The notes beneath the pieces were generated by a model. The model did no database searches, had not been told where the DNA came from, and saw only the letters and a program-made list of their open reading frames with translations. Positions 52,819 to 64,000 of a stretch of 64,000 bases of DNA are shown here, one piece after another; the first letter of the stretch is position 1; each line of letters starts with the position of its first letter. The DNA comes from Eledone cirrhosa (Eukaryota): the NCBI GenBank assembly GCA_964016885.1, contig OZ024751.1, positions 19,592,001 through 19,656,000 of the forward strand. The letters are read 5' to 3'. Made by a program: the position numbers and the translations under genes.

Positions 52819-54921
52819 TCACGCAGCAATTTCCGGCAGGGTGTTGTTTGGTACTTTTCCTCTCCCCATGCCGCCATAAAATCCATTTGAACCGTCTGGC
52901 CCCCTTGGGGATCTCACAGCCAAGTCCAAATCATGTAAACGGCCGCGCCTGTGCATAAGAGGGCTGCTTATAGGGCTGCGCCCAGCAGGCTGTCCGTTTT
53001 TATCGTCGTTCAAGGCCATGCTGTTCTGGTGGGCTTGAGCAGCTTTCAAGCGTCGTTGGACCCAAGGACTGGGCGGAGCATCGCTGTTATCGTATTTCTT
53101 GCGCAGAGATTCGGGGCTTATCTGTGGACTTATCCTCGGGCTGTTGTCAGTCTCGGCCAGCGGGGATTTCTTCGACATCCATTTTCGGCGCTGGGTTCTT
53201 GGGCTGCTTTTCGGAGTCGACCTTGGGCTTGGTTTGGGAGTGGTTGCAGGACTCAATTTACTGGGGTCCAACGAAGGCATATGTAAAAGTGTTGGAGGAG
53301 TGTCCGCTTCAGACCCGCTACTATAGCATGATGATTCAGTTTCACGAGATAGTTCTTCAATTCGCTTCTTCTTTCGACACCCCTTCTTTTTCTTTTTCTC
53401 TTCCAAACCAACAATCTCTTTGTCAGTGGCAGTGGTCTGGTTCGCTGAACCGTTTTTGGCGTTGTTGTTGCTCGAAGAAGCCGATTTCTTTTTCTCTTTA
53501 TCTTTCTTCCTTGCAGACAGCTGCACCACACGCATCCCGCTGCGCCAGTCGTCAGAGTTGTGCATGGCACATGCCAGCTTAGCAGCTTCGAACGTTTCAA
53601 ATTCGATAACGGCACAAAGCGTGTTGCCAATCTCCGGGTGTTTGGATGAAAACTTCTTGATATCCGGCGGTATGGAACCTTTGGGTCGCAGGATGCGTAT
53701 GAGAGAGATGACTCCGCATTTGGAGAACAGTTCGGCCACATTTTCAATAGCTGGATTCTTGATTGGAAGGTTGACTACAACGACAGTCCGTGAAGGGGTT
53801 GTCTCATCATACTCAGGTAAGGAATCGATTCGTCGGACCTTAGTTCCTTCCTCGTTCACTTCTAGTACTTTGGACCTCTGCAAACTGAAGGCCACTACAC
53901 GGTAATCCTTGGACAGCGTCTTCACTTTGCGGAAGGAGGTTAACAGCTTCAAGCTTACGAAGCCCTGCTTGTTGCGACGCACATGCTTCAATAAGAAAGC
54001 ATCCTTCAAGATGTTGGCATCGGAAAAGTAGAATTCCACCTGGTTAACGATTTTCTCCTGAAGCTCTTCGCTTGGTTCAACAAACTCTGGAAGCTTCTCC
54101 CGTTCTTCGGGGTCGTCGGAGAAATCCGGGAAACTATAGCCCTCCTCTTCACTGGCGTAGGAAGAAAGAGAAGATCCGTAGTCTTCCTCCCGCAGCTGTT
54201 CCACTCGCAGTACGGGAGCACGTGCTATCACCGGTATCTGAGGTTGGGCTGGAGTTATTTCCACTTCTACTGGTCCACATGTTTCTACCTCTCTTTCTTT
54301 CTGTTCATGTTGTTGTTGCAGTTGCTGTTGTTGTTCCTGAAGAGGCGAAGCGGCAGGACCAGGAAACGTTGTCGAAGCCGGATCTTCGACAAGAGGAGGA
54401 GGACTTGAAGACAGCTGGTGGTTGTTGTGGTGGTAATTGTTCTGGTTATTAACATCGTCGTCGTCGTTGTGATGTTGATGAGCATTTCCATTTGCAATGG
54501 CAACGGGGGCACTTGAGACAGTAATGGAAGTAGTATTAGTGGTAACAGTGGTGGTGACATGATCACGATTGGTTGTGGTGATGGCGACGTCGCCGCTGCC
54601 ATCACAGTCTTTGCTTTTGTTGTTCTTTTCACTTCCATTAACGTTGTCCTTGCAATCAGACTGTTGGTGTTGCTGTTGCTCCTTATGATTATCAGTGGTG
54701 GTGGTGGTGGTGGTGGTGTTAGAGATGGACGACACTACTTCCTCCTGGTCAACGGCATCAGTAAACTGACCTTCTTCAATTACAGGTATTATCATGTCCG
54801 TAGTAGCCCTCTTACCAATGCTATTGTTATTCTTGGCAGACATCTCGTTCACTTCCAATGTACTACTACTACTATTTGTTTCCAAGTTCAATTCAGCCAT
54901 GCGATTATTGAAATCGCCCAT
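52819..54921 (-). CDS. LARP6: La-related protein 6 (LARP6/Acheron), 700 aa, single uninterrupted ORF
   Basis: La motif (PSEELQEKIVNQVEFYFSDANILKDAFLLKHVRRNKQGFVSLKLLTSFRKVK...LEVNEEGTKVRR), then an RRM (SRTVVVVNLP...LFSKCGVISLIRILRP...CAVIEFET), a basic K-rich stretch, an SP-rich region with SPWVQRR, and a C-terminal LSA-type motif (VRSPRGPDGSNGF) typical of LARP6. The N-terminal ~270 aa are low complexity, so the true start codon is less certain. Confidence 0.93.
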   Translation of the reverse strand: MGDFNNRMAELNLETNSSSSTLEVNEMSAKNNNSIGKRATTDMIIPVIEEGQFTDAVDQEEVVSSISNTTTTTTTTDNHKEQQQHQQSDCKDNVNGSEKNNKSKDCDGSGDVAITTTNRDHVTTTVTTNTTSITVSSAPVAIANGNAHQHHNDDDDVNNQNNYHHNNHQLSSSPPPLVEDPASTTFPGPAASPLQEQQQQLQQQHEQKEREVETCGPVEVEITPAQPQIPVIARAPVLRVEQLREEDYGSSLSSYASEEEGYSFPDFSDDPEEREKLPEFVEPSEELQEKIVNQVEFYFSDANILKDAFLLKHVRRNKQGFVSLKLLTSFRKVKTLSKDYRVVAFSLQRSKVLEVNEEGTKVRRIDSLPEYDETTPSRTVVVVNLPIKNPAIENVAELFSKCGVISLIRILRPKGSIPPDIKKFSSKHPEIGNTLCAVIEFETFEAAKLACAMHNSDDWRSGMRVVQLSARKKDKEKKKSASSSNNNAKNGSANQTTATDKEIVGLEEKKKKKGCRKKKRIEELSRETESSCYSSGSEADTPPTLLHMPSLDPSKLSPATTPKPSPRSTPKSSPRTQRRKWMSKKSPLAETDNSPRISPQISPESLRKKYDNSDAPPSPWVQRRLKAAQAHQNSMALNDDKNGQPAGRSPISSPLMHRRGRLHDLDLAVRSPRGPDGSNGFYGGMGRGKVPNNTLPEIAA

Positions 54922-55535
54922 AACTCCAAATATGTTTTTATAGTTTAGTTTATTTTAATTCAATTCTATCGATCAATCGATTTATTTTTCTTTTATTACT
55001 CTTTTGTAAAAGATATATATATATATATATATATATATTAAATGCTCTCTCAGAAAAATATAAATATATATATATATATATATTCAAATATATTTAGATA
55101 TATATATATATATGTATATATTTATAAATTCGATAGCAGGGCAATATGGAGGAGAATAAATTTCGGGACAGAGAAAGAAGAGAAACGGAGGGCGAAAGAA
55201 TATAACAGCAGTAATTCACCAAAAGTAGTAATAGCAATGGTGGCAGTAATGATAGTTGTTGTAGTAGTAGTAGTAGTAGTAGTAGCAGTTACAATAATGA
55301 AAGATATATAGATAGATGTGTGAGCGTGTGTTTTTATGTATATTTATATAAATATATAAATATATAATATATATATATATATATATGGATTTTTAAAAAG
55401 AAAATCTTTAAAGGCGTAGTAGTAACTGTTTTTGTTTGTATATTTAATATGGTGGAGCCGTTATAAAGGGGATGATAATAGCGGTGATAGTAGCGTGTCT
55501 ATGTAAAAATATACACACGGAGTAATAATACTGCC

Positions 55536-55586
<51 letters not shown>

Positions 55587-55619
55587 CAATATATAATATA
55601 TTTATTTGTGTGTGTTTGA

Positions 55620-55663
<44 letters not shown>

Positions 55664-56279
55664 ATTTTTTTTTTTTTTTTTTTTTTTCGTTAGGAAAACA
55701 AACACGACAAAATCTTACCAAAAAGACTTGGACGACGAAACCAGCTCGTAGAAATGTTTATATATATATGTATCTATACTACATAAGATACAACACATAT
55801 AGGTACATATATGTAAGTATGTAACGTGTATTTATATACAGTTATATATATGGATATATGTATATTTATATATAATTATATATATATATGTATATATATA
55901 TTTAAGGAACAGAACAGACCCAGGACAGCCGTCTTCAAGCAGCTTACAGTCGTACGAGCTAGCAAAAAATCCGGTGTTGAAAAATTTACTGTCCGATCTT
56001 TACTCTTTTCAGTCGCAAAGGTGTCAATATAGTAAAAGTAAGTAAGAAGATTAAAAAAAAGGGAGTGAGAAAGATGAGTTAATAATAATACCACGACGGT
56101 TTGGTCCTGGTGAATCTATTTCAGACTCAACTTTTTTCCCTGCTACCCTGCGCAATTATTTTATCCCTCCTGCTTCTTTATTCTTCTTCTTCTTATTCCA
56201 AACTCTCTGTTGTTGCAGTTAAGTTTTGGTTTTTGTTGTTTTTTGTTTTTTTGCGACAGAGCAGGCCAGTAAATAAATC

Positions 56280-56465
56280 CGGTTCGCTCCTCGTACGGCT
56301 GCTATCCCGCTGACTGTCTGGCGTTGTCGCCTACGTCACCGCCTTTTGACGTTTCCCACACATCTCGGTGACGTCACCTAGCACGTGGTGCTGCGCCATC
56401 TCGTACACCACCTCGTGTCTCGTGGTTTACGACTTGTTGGATGGAATATCCTGTGACGTAGGCGT
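56280..56465 (-). promoter_or_regulatory. Candidate LARP6 promoter: CpG-rich patch with CRE/E-box cluster
   Basis: Non-repetitive CpG-rich island ~1.4 kb upstream of the ATG. Full CRE TGACGTCA at 56369-56376 (inside palindrome GGTGACGTCACC), CRE-like sites at ~56332, ~56347 and ~56454, E-box CACGTG at 56382-56387. Confidence 0.5.
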
Positions 56466-56849
56466 TAGCTGTACACATTCAGTCGTTGAACCGAATTGAC
56501 TGATGCAATATTGCACACATGTATACAAATATAGTTAATATTTATGTGTATATAGTCCTGTAGAACCTCATCTATATTAAAACTATATATATATATATAT
56601 AGTATTAAGGATACTATTTATGGTTATGTATATACTAAAACTTTTTATAGTTATATATATTTAAAACCCTAAACAGTGATAGTCAGTAATTTATTATTAC
56701 CTTATTACCAGTAAGATAAATAGCTCAATGTAATAACATAAGTTGTTCTACAGAGCAGTTTATATATATATATATAATATATATATATATATATAACTGT
56801 CATATATATATACTGTCAGCATCTTGGGACAAACGCCTCTGCAATGTAA

Positions 56850-56887
<38 letters not shown>

Positions 56888-57172
56888 TTACATTGCAGAG
56901 GCGTTTGTCCCAAGATGCTGACAGTATTTTTTTTATATGTAAATATATTCATATACATGTATATAAAGGGAGGACTTTATTTATATACACACAAACACAC
57001 ACTCATATATATATATATATGTATATGTATATATATATATATTCTTTTATTCTTTTATATATATATATATATTCTTTTATTCTTTTGTTGGTTTCAGTCA
57101 TTAGACTGCGGCCATGCTGGGGCAATATATATATATAAGAAGAAATTAAAAGATGGTTAAAACTCACCTCCT

Positions 57173-57256
<84 letters not shown>

Positions 57257-58179
57257 TATATATATATATATATATATCGGAACTAGCTGTTGAAATAGCA
57301 GGAGCTCAGCCGGCGGGGTCCCCCCGAATCCTATATATATATATATATATATGATAATTGTTTCTACTATTGGCACAAGGCCAGCAATCACCCAGTACAT
57401 TACTGATACTTTATTTTATCGACCCCGTAAGGATGAAAGGCAAAATTAACCTCGGCGGGATTTGAACTCAGAATGGCAAGGGCCGTAACTCTATGCGTCA
57501 AAGCAAGGCGACCGGCCCTCTACCGATACTGCCAATATGATAATAATAGTTGTTTCTACTTCAGGCACAAGAACAGCAATTTGGAGGAGAGGGGAGAGTC
57601 GACTAAATCGACCCCAATGTATTACTGGTACTTTATTTTATCGACCACGTAAGGATGAAAGGCAAAGCTAAATTCGGTGTGGGATTTAAAGGGCGAGGTG
57701 TTAAATCTTCATTACATTTATTGAAGTATAACGTGCGTTTCGCGATTGTTCAGCTCAAGGTTCGATCAGTATCGATCGGGCCCGACTCTGGAATCAAAAG
57801 CTCGTTGGACTTAAAATTACAGTAATATTTCTCCCGCTACCTCTTCTATGCTCACATCACATCCTGGGTTGAAAACTTTCCGATGTCAATTTTGGCTGTC
57901 ATCCTTTCAAGATGGGGGATTGGATCGGGAGGGTGGGGTGGAGGGAGGTCGATAAAATATAGTACCAATCCAGGGAGGTCGATAAAATATAGTACCAATC
58001 CAGGGACAATGGATTGGTGGAATTGTTAGGACAATGGACGAAGATGACCTTAGGGCATTTTGTCACAGGTCATTTGCGTTTTACGTTTAAATGCCGCTAT
58101 GGCCTATTGGAATGGTATGGTCGACATTAGCTCCGATACTATGGACATGAGGTTGGAATGTCTCAGGAAAGAATCGCTA

Positions 58180-58402
58180 AACAGACCTTACATACAAAAC
58201 AAGCCGACAGGAGACCGAGGGGTGGATGCCGACAGGAGACCGAGGGGGTAGATACCGAGCAAGGTGGTTGGATAACATCCATGAGCTTGGCTGGTCTTGC
58301 TTAGGGATCCAGTCGGATCAATTGGGGACGGTTGCTTCTTATAGGACCAGCAGGAGGGAGTGTTTGGGGGACTCTTCCCCCCCCCCCCACGACCCTCTCA
58401 AG

Positions 58403-58432
<30 letters not shown>
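58180..58432 (+). mobile_element. RTE-like LINE 3' end with (GAA)n tail
   Basis: RPRGR..RARWLDNIHELGWSCLGI C-terminal motif, a 25-bp internal duplication, and a (gaa)n tail. Confidence 0.55.
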
Positions 58433-58433
<1 letters not shown>

Positions 58434-59906
58434 TTAACACCGTCACATGAGCATCGTGAATTATAGGCGTCTATTTGTCTGTATCACTTCTCTCACCATA
58501 TCTAATACAATACCAATATAAGCCTTGGTTTAATTTTAACGATAAGGAGTGGTAATGATATTAGAATTGTTTTTCTAACATAGGCATAAGACCAGTTATT
58601 TTGGAGAGTGTTGGAGTGTCGTGGAAAGTCGATAAAATCAACCCCAGTCAGTGCTGGACTTAGCTACATGCGAAATAAGCTATAGCTTAGGGTCACACAC
58701 CCTCTGGGGCCTCATTTTTTAAAGTATATGTTTTATTTTTTAATACTAAATCATCAAAAAGGAACAGTTTGTAACTAATTTGTGTAATCATTAATAAAAT
58801 AAACTTTGAAGAATGTTAGCAAGGTGCGGTAAATAAATATATATATATGAAGCGAAGCAAAAGTTAGTAAATGTTAGAGGTGAAATAACACAAAATACAT
58901 GGTTCCGTTTAAATACAAAATTTACTTCACTTAATAAGTTACTACTAGTTATAAAGGTTGACGATGTTTTTGCTGTTATGGTGAAATAGTCTGTGGCAAG
59001 AGAAGGTGAGAGCCTGTAAGACAAGGAGAGACAGAGAGAGTAAAGGTCTGTAGAAGTCAAGGGGTCTATAGAAAGCTACTGTTTTACATCGTAAGAACTG
59101 CCTTTTGCCTGGTTTAAAACAGGCTATTTATATCTGTCGCTTCCTCTGTCCCCTGCCTTGAGGAATCGCCCACGCATCAACCTGTTTACGCCAAAAAGGA
59201 GGTAATCCAAACTTTGACCGTTCTTAAGTGTCACCCAGGGGTCAAGGTGTGAACAGGTTTCGTTACACATACACACCAGGTCCGAACACAAAGGAACCAA
59301 ACTCACCCTGTCACTGCCTCCGTCTCTCCCGTCTTTCCCCATCTCTCACTATTATGCGGTAAACGTCCATTAAATCGATTCCAGTGTATTACTGGTATTT
59401 TATTATATCGACACCACAAGGATGAAAGACAAAGCTAACCTCGGCAGGATATGAACCCAGAACGTAAACGGTCGTAAATATATGCTATCTATATAAGGCC
59501 TTTGGTCCGAACCTGCCAACCCACTGCCCTTAAGGCACAAGGCCAGTAATTTGAAGGAGAGAGGAAAGTCGATTCAATCGACCCCAGTGTATTACTGGTG
59601 CTTTATTTTATCGATCCTGTAAGGATGAGAGGCAATGCTATCCTCAGAGGGATTGAAACTCAGAACGTAAAAGGGCCGTAACTCTATGCCGATAAACATG
59701 TCCGACACTCTACCGATTCTGCCAATCCATCGCCTTAAATCGATTAAATCGACCCCAGTGCATTACTGGTACTTTATTTTATCCACCCTGTAAGGATGAG
59801 AGGCAATGCTATCCTCAGAGGGATTGAAACTCAGAACGTAAAAGGGCCGTAACTCTATGCCGATAAACATGTCCGACGTTCTACCGATTCTGCCAATCCA
59901 TCACCC

Positions 59907-59947
<41 letters not shown>

Positions 59948-60290
59948 TTTTTAAAATAATAAAATAAAATAAAATATAAGCACCAAACATAGAAAATAAT
60001 AATAATGATAAAAGAATAAAAGCCAGAATTATATGGAATTATATATAATGGTAGATGTGAGACGGTGATTACCAATTCCTGGTTGGTTCCATGCCAACAT
60101 ATCTTTACTACAGAGTAAATACGTCAGCTTAACGTCTCACTAGATCTCTTTTCAACCATTGTAATATTCCATTCCTAGAATAAATAGCCGTAAGACGTCT
60201 TATATTAGTTCTATTAGTTCCGACACGAAACATCCAGTCAAGTAACGTGTCTCCCCACATCCCACGTCCCACTGTCCCTGCTTTATTTTC

Positions 60291-60324
<34 letters not shown>

Positions 60325-60356
60325 ATACACACACGCATATATATATATATATATAT

Positions 60357-60763
60357 ATAGGAACGAGTAGGACCCCGACGGCTGAGCTCAAGCCGTTTCG
60401 ACGGCTAATTCTAATGAGTCCAGAATTAGCCGTCGAAACGGCTTGAGCTCAGCCATCGGAGTCCTACTCGTTCCTATTACCCACTCTACTACCCTAAGTA
60501 TTGAGTACTTTGGTGCGTTATGGTCCACCTGGTTCCTTACCACATTTCCTCCGTTATATATATATATATATATATATATAACAAAGAGGGTGTGGTAGGA
60601 TACCAGGTGGACCATAACGCACCAGAGTACTCAATACTTAGGGTAGAAGAGTGGGTAATAGGAAAATAGTCTGGACCCCGACGGCTGAGATCCGGCCGTT
60701 TCGACAGCTAAATCTAGCTTTCGAAACGGCCGGATCTCAGCCGTCGGGGTCCTGACTTTTTTC
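60357..60763. mobile_element. Two tail-to-tail fold-back copies of a (TA)n-associated short repeat family (other copies ~3632-3742, ~7525-7570, ~40618-40755, ~45530-45685, ~57280-57335)
   Basis: Shared body cctattacccactctactaccctaagtattgagtactctggtgcgttatggtccacctgg. 5' hairpins 60357-60412/60422-60477 and ~60672-60755. Contains GAAAC-ggct(tgagctc)agcc-GTC, resembling an HHR stem III with GUC. Confidence 0.7.
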
Positions 60764-60801
60764 ATATATATATATCTATATATATATATATATATATATA
60801 C

Positions 60802-60881
<80 letters not shown>

Positions 60882-60926
60882 ACATACATACATATATATA
60901 CATACATACATACATACATACATACA

Positions 60927-60959
<33 letters not shown>

Positions 60960-61562
60960 GGTGGCTGCCAACTCGTTTTCGAGTACGGCCACTACTTTAT
61001 ATCCATGTAGGAGAACCCCTACCGATGCGCTGAACAAGTGTGACTTTTTAGTCCAGCCAGCGACTTGAAAACTCTGGTACAAACACTACACTTGTGACAA
61101 TTATTGACACATAGTGCTGGGCCCATGGTACCATGTAACGATAAGTGCAGAGAGATCTCCAGATATAAAGCAATGCCTGTGCCGTGAAGCTTTTATAGTG
61201 AGCAAAGGCACTGCACAATGCCAGTCCAACTCTCTTAACCAAGATGATATTTACCAAAAAGAACAAGTCAACATCATTGGATACCATCAGGGTTGCAGGT
61301 GTTATATCAGAGTTTTCCTTCTAGAATTCTGCCTTGACAAAGGCTAAGGGGTCATCTCTCCCGGTGATTTTGGATGGCCATTGACTCGTAAGAGCTCTTT
61401 TGCCCTTTGACAGGTTTTGTTTTTAGTCCTGCAGGATGTCCAAAGTCACTCTCCTCACCAAGAAACCTTGGTGGGGTTGCCAGTTTAGTCGCCACCGACC
61501 CGACCATGGGATAGGTTGTACTGGGATACATATTACCAGTAGCACCAACTGGTGATCTGACA
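60960..61562 (-). repeat. ~605-bp dispersed element, copy 2 (inverted relative to copy 1)
   Basis: Reverse complement aligns by eye with 46893-47500; the ORF track shows near-identical spurious translations (VSNDVDLFF...RVGLALCSAFAHYKSF). Confidence 0.85.
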
Positions 61563-62028
61563 ACATGGATTACAAAACGACTTTTTATTATATTATGCCT
61601 CGCTCTATCCGACATTTCAAAGTTTTTAGAATTATACAAAGCTAAACAGGAACAATAGTCAAAATATAGAAACTGAACCAAATATTTTGTTTCACCCATT
61701 CCAATTGGTAATAAGCCCAGAGCATTTATTACAAACTGCTTATTAGGCCCTATTTCAAATTGCTCATTAAGTATTTTAGTAATTATGTGCTAAATACATA
61801 TGATTTGTGTATGAGTTATGCAACTAGTAACCTATATTTGTCCCTTCTTTTTATACCTTTATGGTAAATAAAGAAATATATATATTATACATGTACTTAA
61901 AGTGTACACGATGTACTTATAGTATATATGACGTACTTACAAGAAAGAACTAGAACGGTTTATAAAAATAGTAATACTTCACTAAAATGTAAACCCCTAT
62001 GCCTCCAAAAGACGAAGAACATATATAT

Positions 62029-62067
<39 letters not shown>

Positions 62068-62129
62068 ACACGTAGAGCAAATATTATTTGTACAGATAGA
62101 AATCATTTGCATAAAATTTAATCTGTACA

Positions 62130-62206
<77 letters not shown>

Positions 62207-62484
62207 ATATCGTCTCGCGTACTAAATATGGCCAGTAGAAATAAGATTAAGTCTACAATTTAAAAAAAAAAAAAAAAAAAAGAAACGCTCTGCAGTGTTG
62301 TTATTGATATCTAGAAAGCTTGAGGAAGGGAGATAACTACTACAATGATAGTCGGTCCAAATGTTTCTGGGAATATTCATACAATGGAATAAGGAATGGA
62401 TCTTGTCTTAATGCTAACTGATGTTTCGACTTTGTTAGATCTCCTCAACGAAGCGAGTTAGTTTCGGAGTGGAATTATACGCTG

Positions 62485-63290
62485 CTTATGCGTGTCTAAC
62501 GCGTCGTTTGCCAATTCATTTGCTAAAAATATGTATGTTCTAGAAACGTTTGACCAAACCTTTGTTTGTTTAATCGAACGTTTACTAGGCCTTTTTTTAA
62601 TTTTTAATCCGACGCTCTAACGAATCTGCCAATTCGTTTGATAACATATTAATGTTCGAGAAATGTTTGATCGAACGTGTGTTTAATCAAACGTTTACGG
62701 GGGATGGGGTTAATCGGATGCTCTAACGAGTCTACCAATTCGTTTGATAAAATATTCATGTTCTAGAAATGTTTGATCAAACTTATAACCTTAATCAAAT
62801 ATTTGCGAGGTATTTTTTAATCCGACGTTCTATTGACTCTACCCATTCGTTTGATAGAATATTTATGCTCTAGAAATGTTTGACCAAACCTTTGTTTAAT
62901 CAAACGTTTACTATGTCTTTTTTTTTTTAATTCGTCGCTCTAACGAGTCTGCCAATTCGTTTGATAACATAATTCGTTAAATGTTTGATCTAACGTGTAT
63001 TTAATCAAACGTTTACGGGGGGGGGGGGGGGGGGGCTAATCCGATTCTCTAACAAGTCTACCAATTCGTTTGATAAAATATTTGTTCTGAAAATGTTTAA
63101 CCAAACCTGTGTTTGTTTAATTAAACGTTTACGAGGCTTTAAAAAAAAAATCCGATGCTCTAACGAGTCTATCAATTCATTTGATAAAATATTCATGTTC
63201 TAGAAATGTGTGAGCAAACATGTATGTCTAATCAAATGTAGACGCGGCCTTTATTATCCGGTTCCCTAACGAGTTGTCTGCCAATTTGTC
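62485..63290 (-). repeat. ~108-bp tandem repeat x8 containing the SINE A-box head
   Basis: Anchor ccgacgctctaacgagtctgccaat (reverse complement attggcagactcgttagagcgtcgg, the SINE 5' end) spaced ~106-110 bp. Confidence 0.8.
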
Positions 63291-64000
63291 AGATGAGATA
63301 AACTGTGTCATCACTCAATTTTATGGTTTGCGCTTAAAGTTCATTCTGCAATAATGAATGGTTATTGCAGGAACACAGCCATAATGGTAGCATTTTATGT
63401 TAAAGATTAAGTGATAACATTTTATGTTCAAAAAGATTCTTTTTCACTCGACATGTTTTACAGAAGATCAAATGTACAGATTGACTCTCATTTGAATCAC
63501 ACACATACACATAGATAGACATATATATATATATATATACACACATAGATTGACAAACACACACACATATGCATACACACAGACATACAAACATTCACTT
63601 AGACAAACACACACAATCACAGACGTACACACAGACAAATACACAGATACTCTTAGACAGATAGACACACTCACAGACACACATTACATATACTTATGCA
63701 CACACATTACATATACTTATGCGCACACATACATTATACACAAACAGACAGATATACATACACGCACACACATATATATATACAGACACACAAATATGCA
63801 CAGACACACACACCTGCATGCACTCACACACACATAGAGACTTAGACGCACAAACAGACACACACATAGAGACACAGATAGACACACACAGACAGACACA
63901 CATAGAGACTTAGACGCACAAACAGACACATACACACATAGAGACAGATACAGAAACAGACACACACACACACACACACACAAACACACAATAAAGCTAC

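Noticed and set aside
52951-54948. Overlapping antisense and alternate-frame ORFs
   Set aside because: Shadows of the LARP6 CDS.
46893-61562. Composite transposon carrying LARP6 between 605-bp inverted repeats
   Set aside because: The copies are diverged, no outer TSD or transposase is visible, and independent insertions are simpler.

Overview
AT-rich, microsatellite-saturated eukaryotic genomic DNA. The SINE families and repeat landscape look like an octopus or other coleoid cephalopod (inference). Only one convincing host gene is present: an uninterrupted 700-codon LARP6 (La-related protein 6/Acheron) ORF on the minus strand (52819-54921), with a CRE/E-box-rich candidate promoter near 56.3-56.5 kb. 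The rest is tRNA-derived SINEs, decayed LINE fragments (RTE, L1/Tx1), two Penelope-like element (PLE) remnants, a non-autonomous Helitron, hAT, piggyBac and Tc1/mariner-type MITEs, and satellites. The most striking structure is a set of small non-coding elements carrying minimal type-I hammerhead ribozyme (HHR) motifs (CTGANGA...GAAA, often with a palindromic stem III), usually in (TA)n tracts and often as fold-back inverted pairs. The best example is a 467-bp tandem array plus an inverted copy at 11.7-13.5 kb that looks like a young non-LTR retrozyme predicted to release a 467-nt, possibly circular, RNA. All folds and alignments were read by eye; no searches were run. Almost all other ORFs in the supplied track are microsatellite artefacts.
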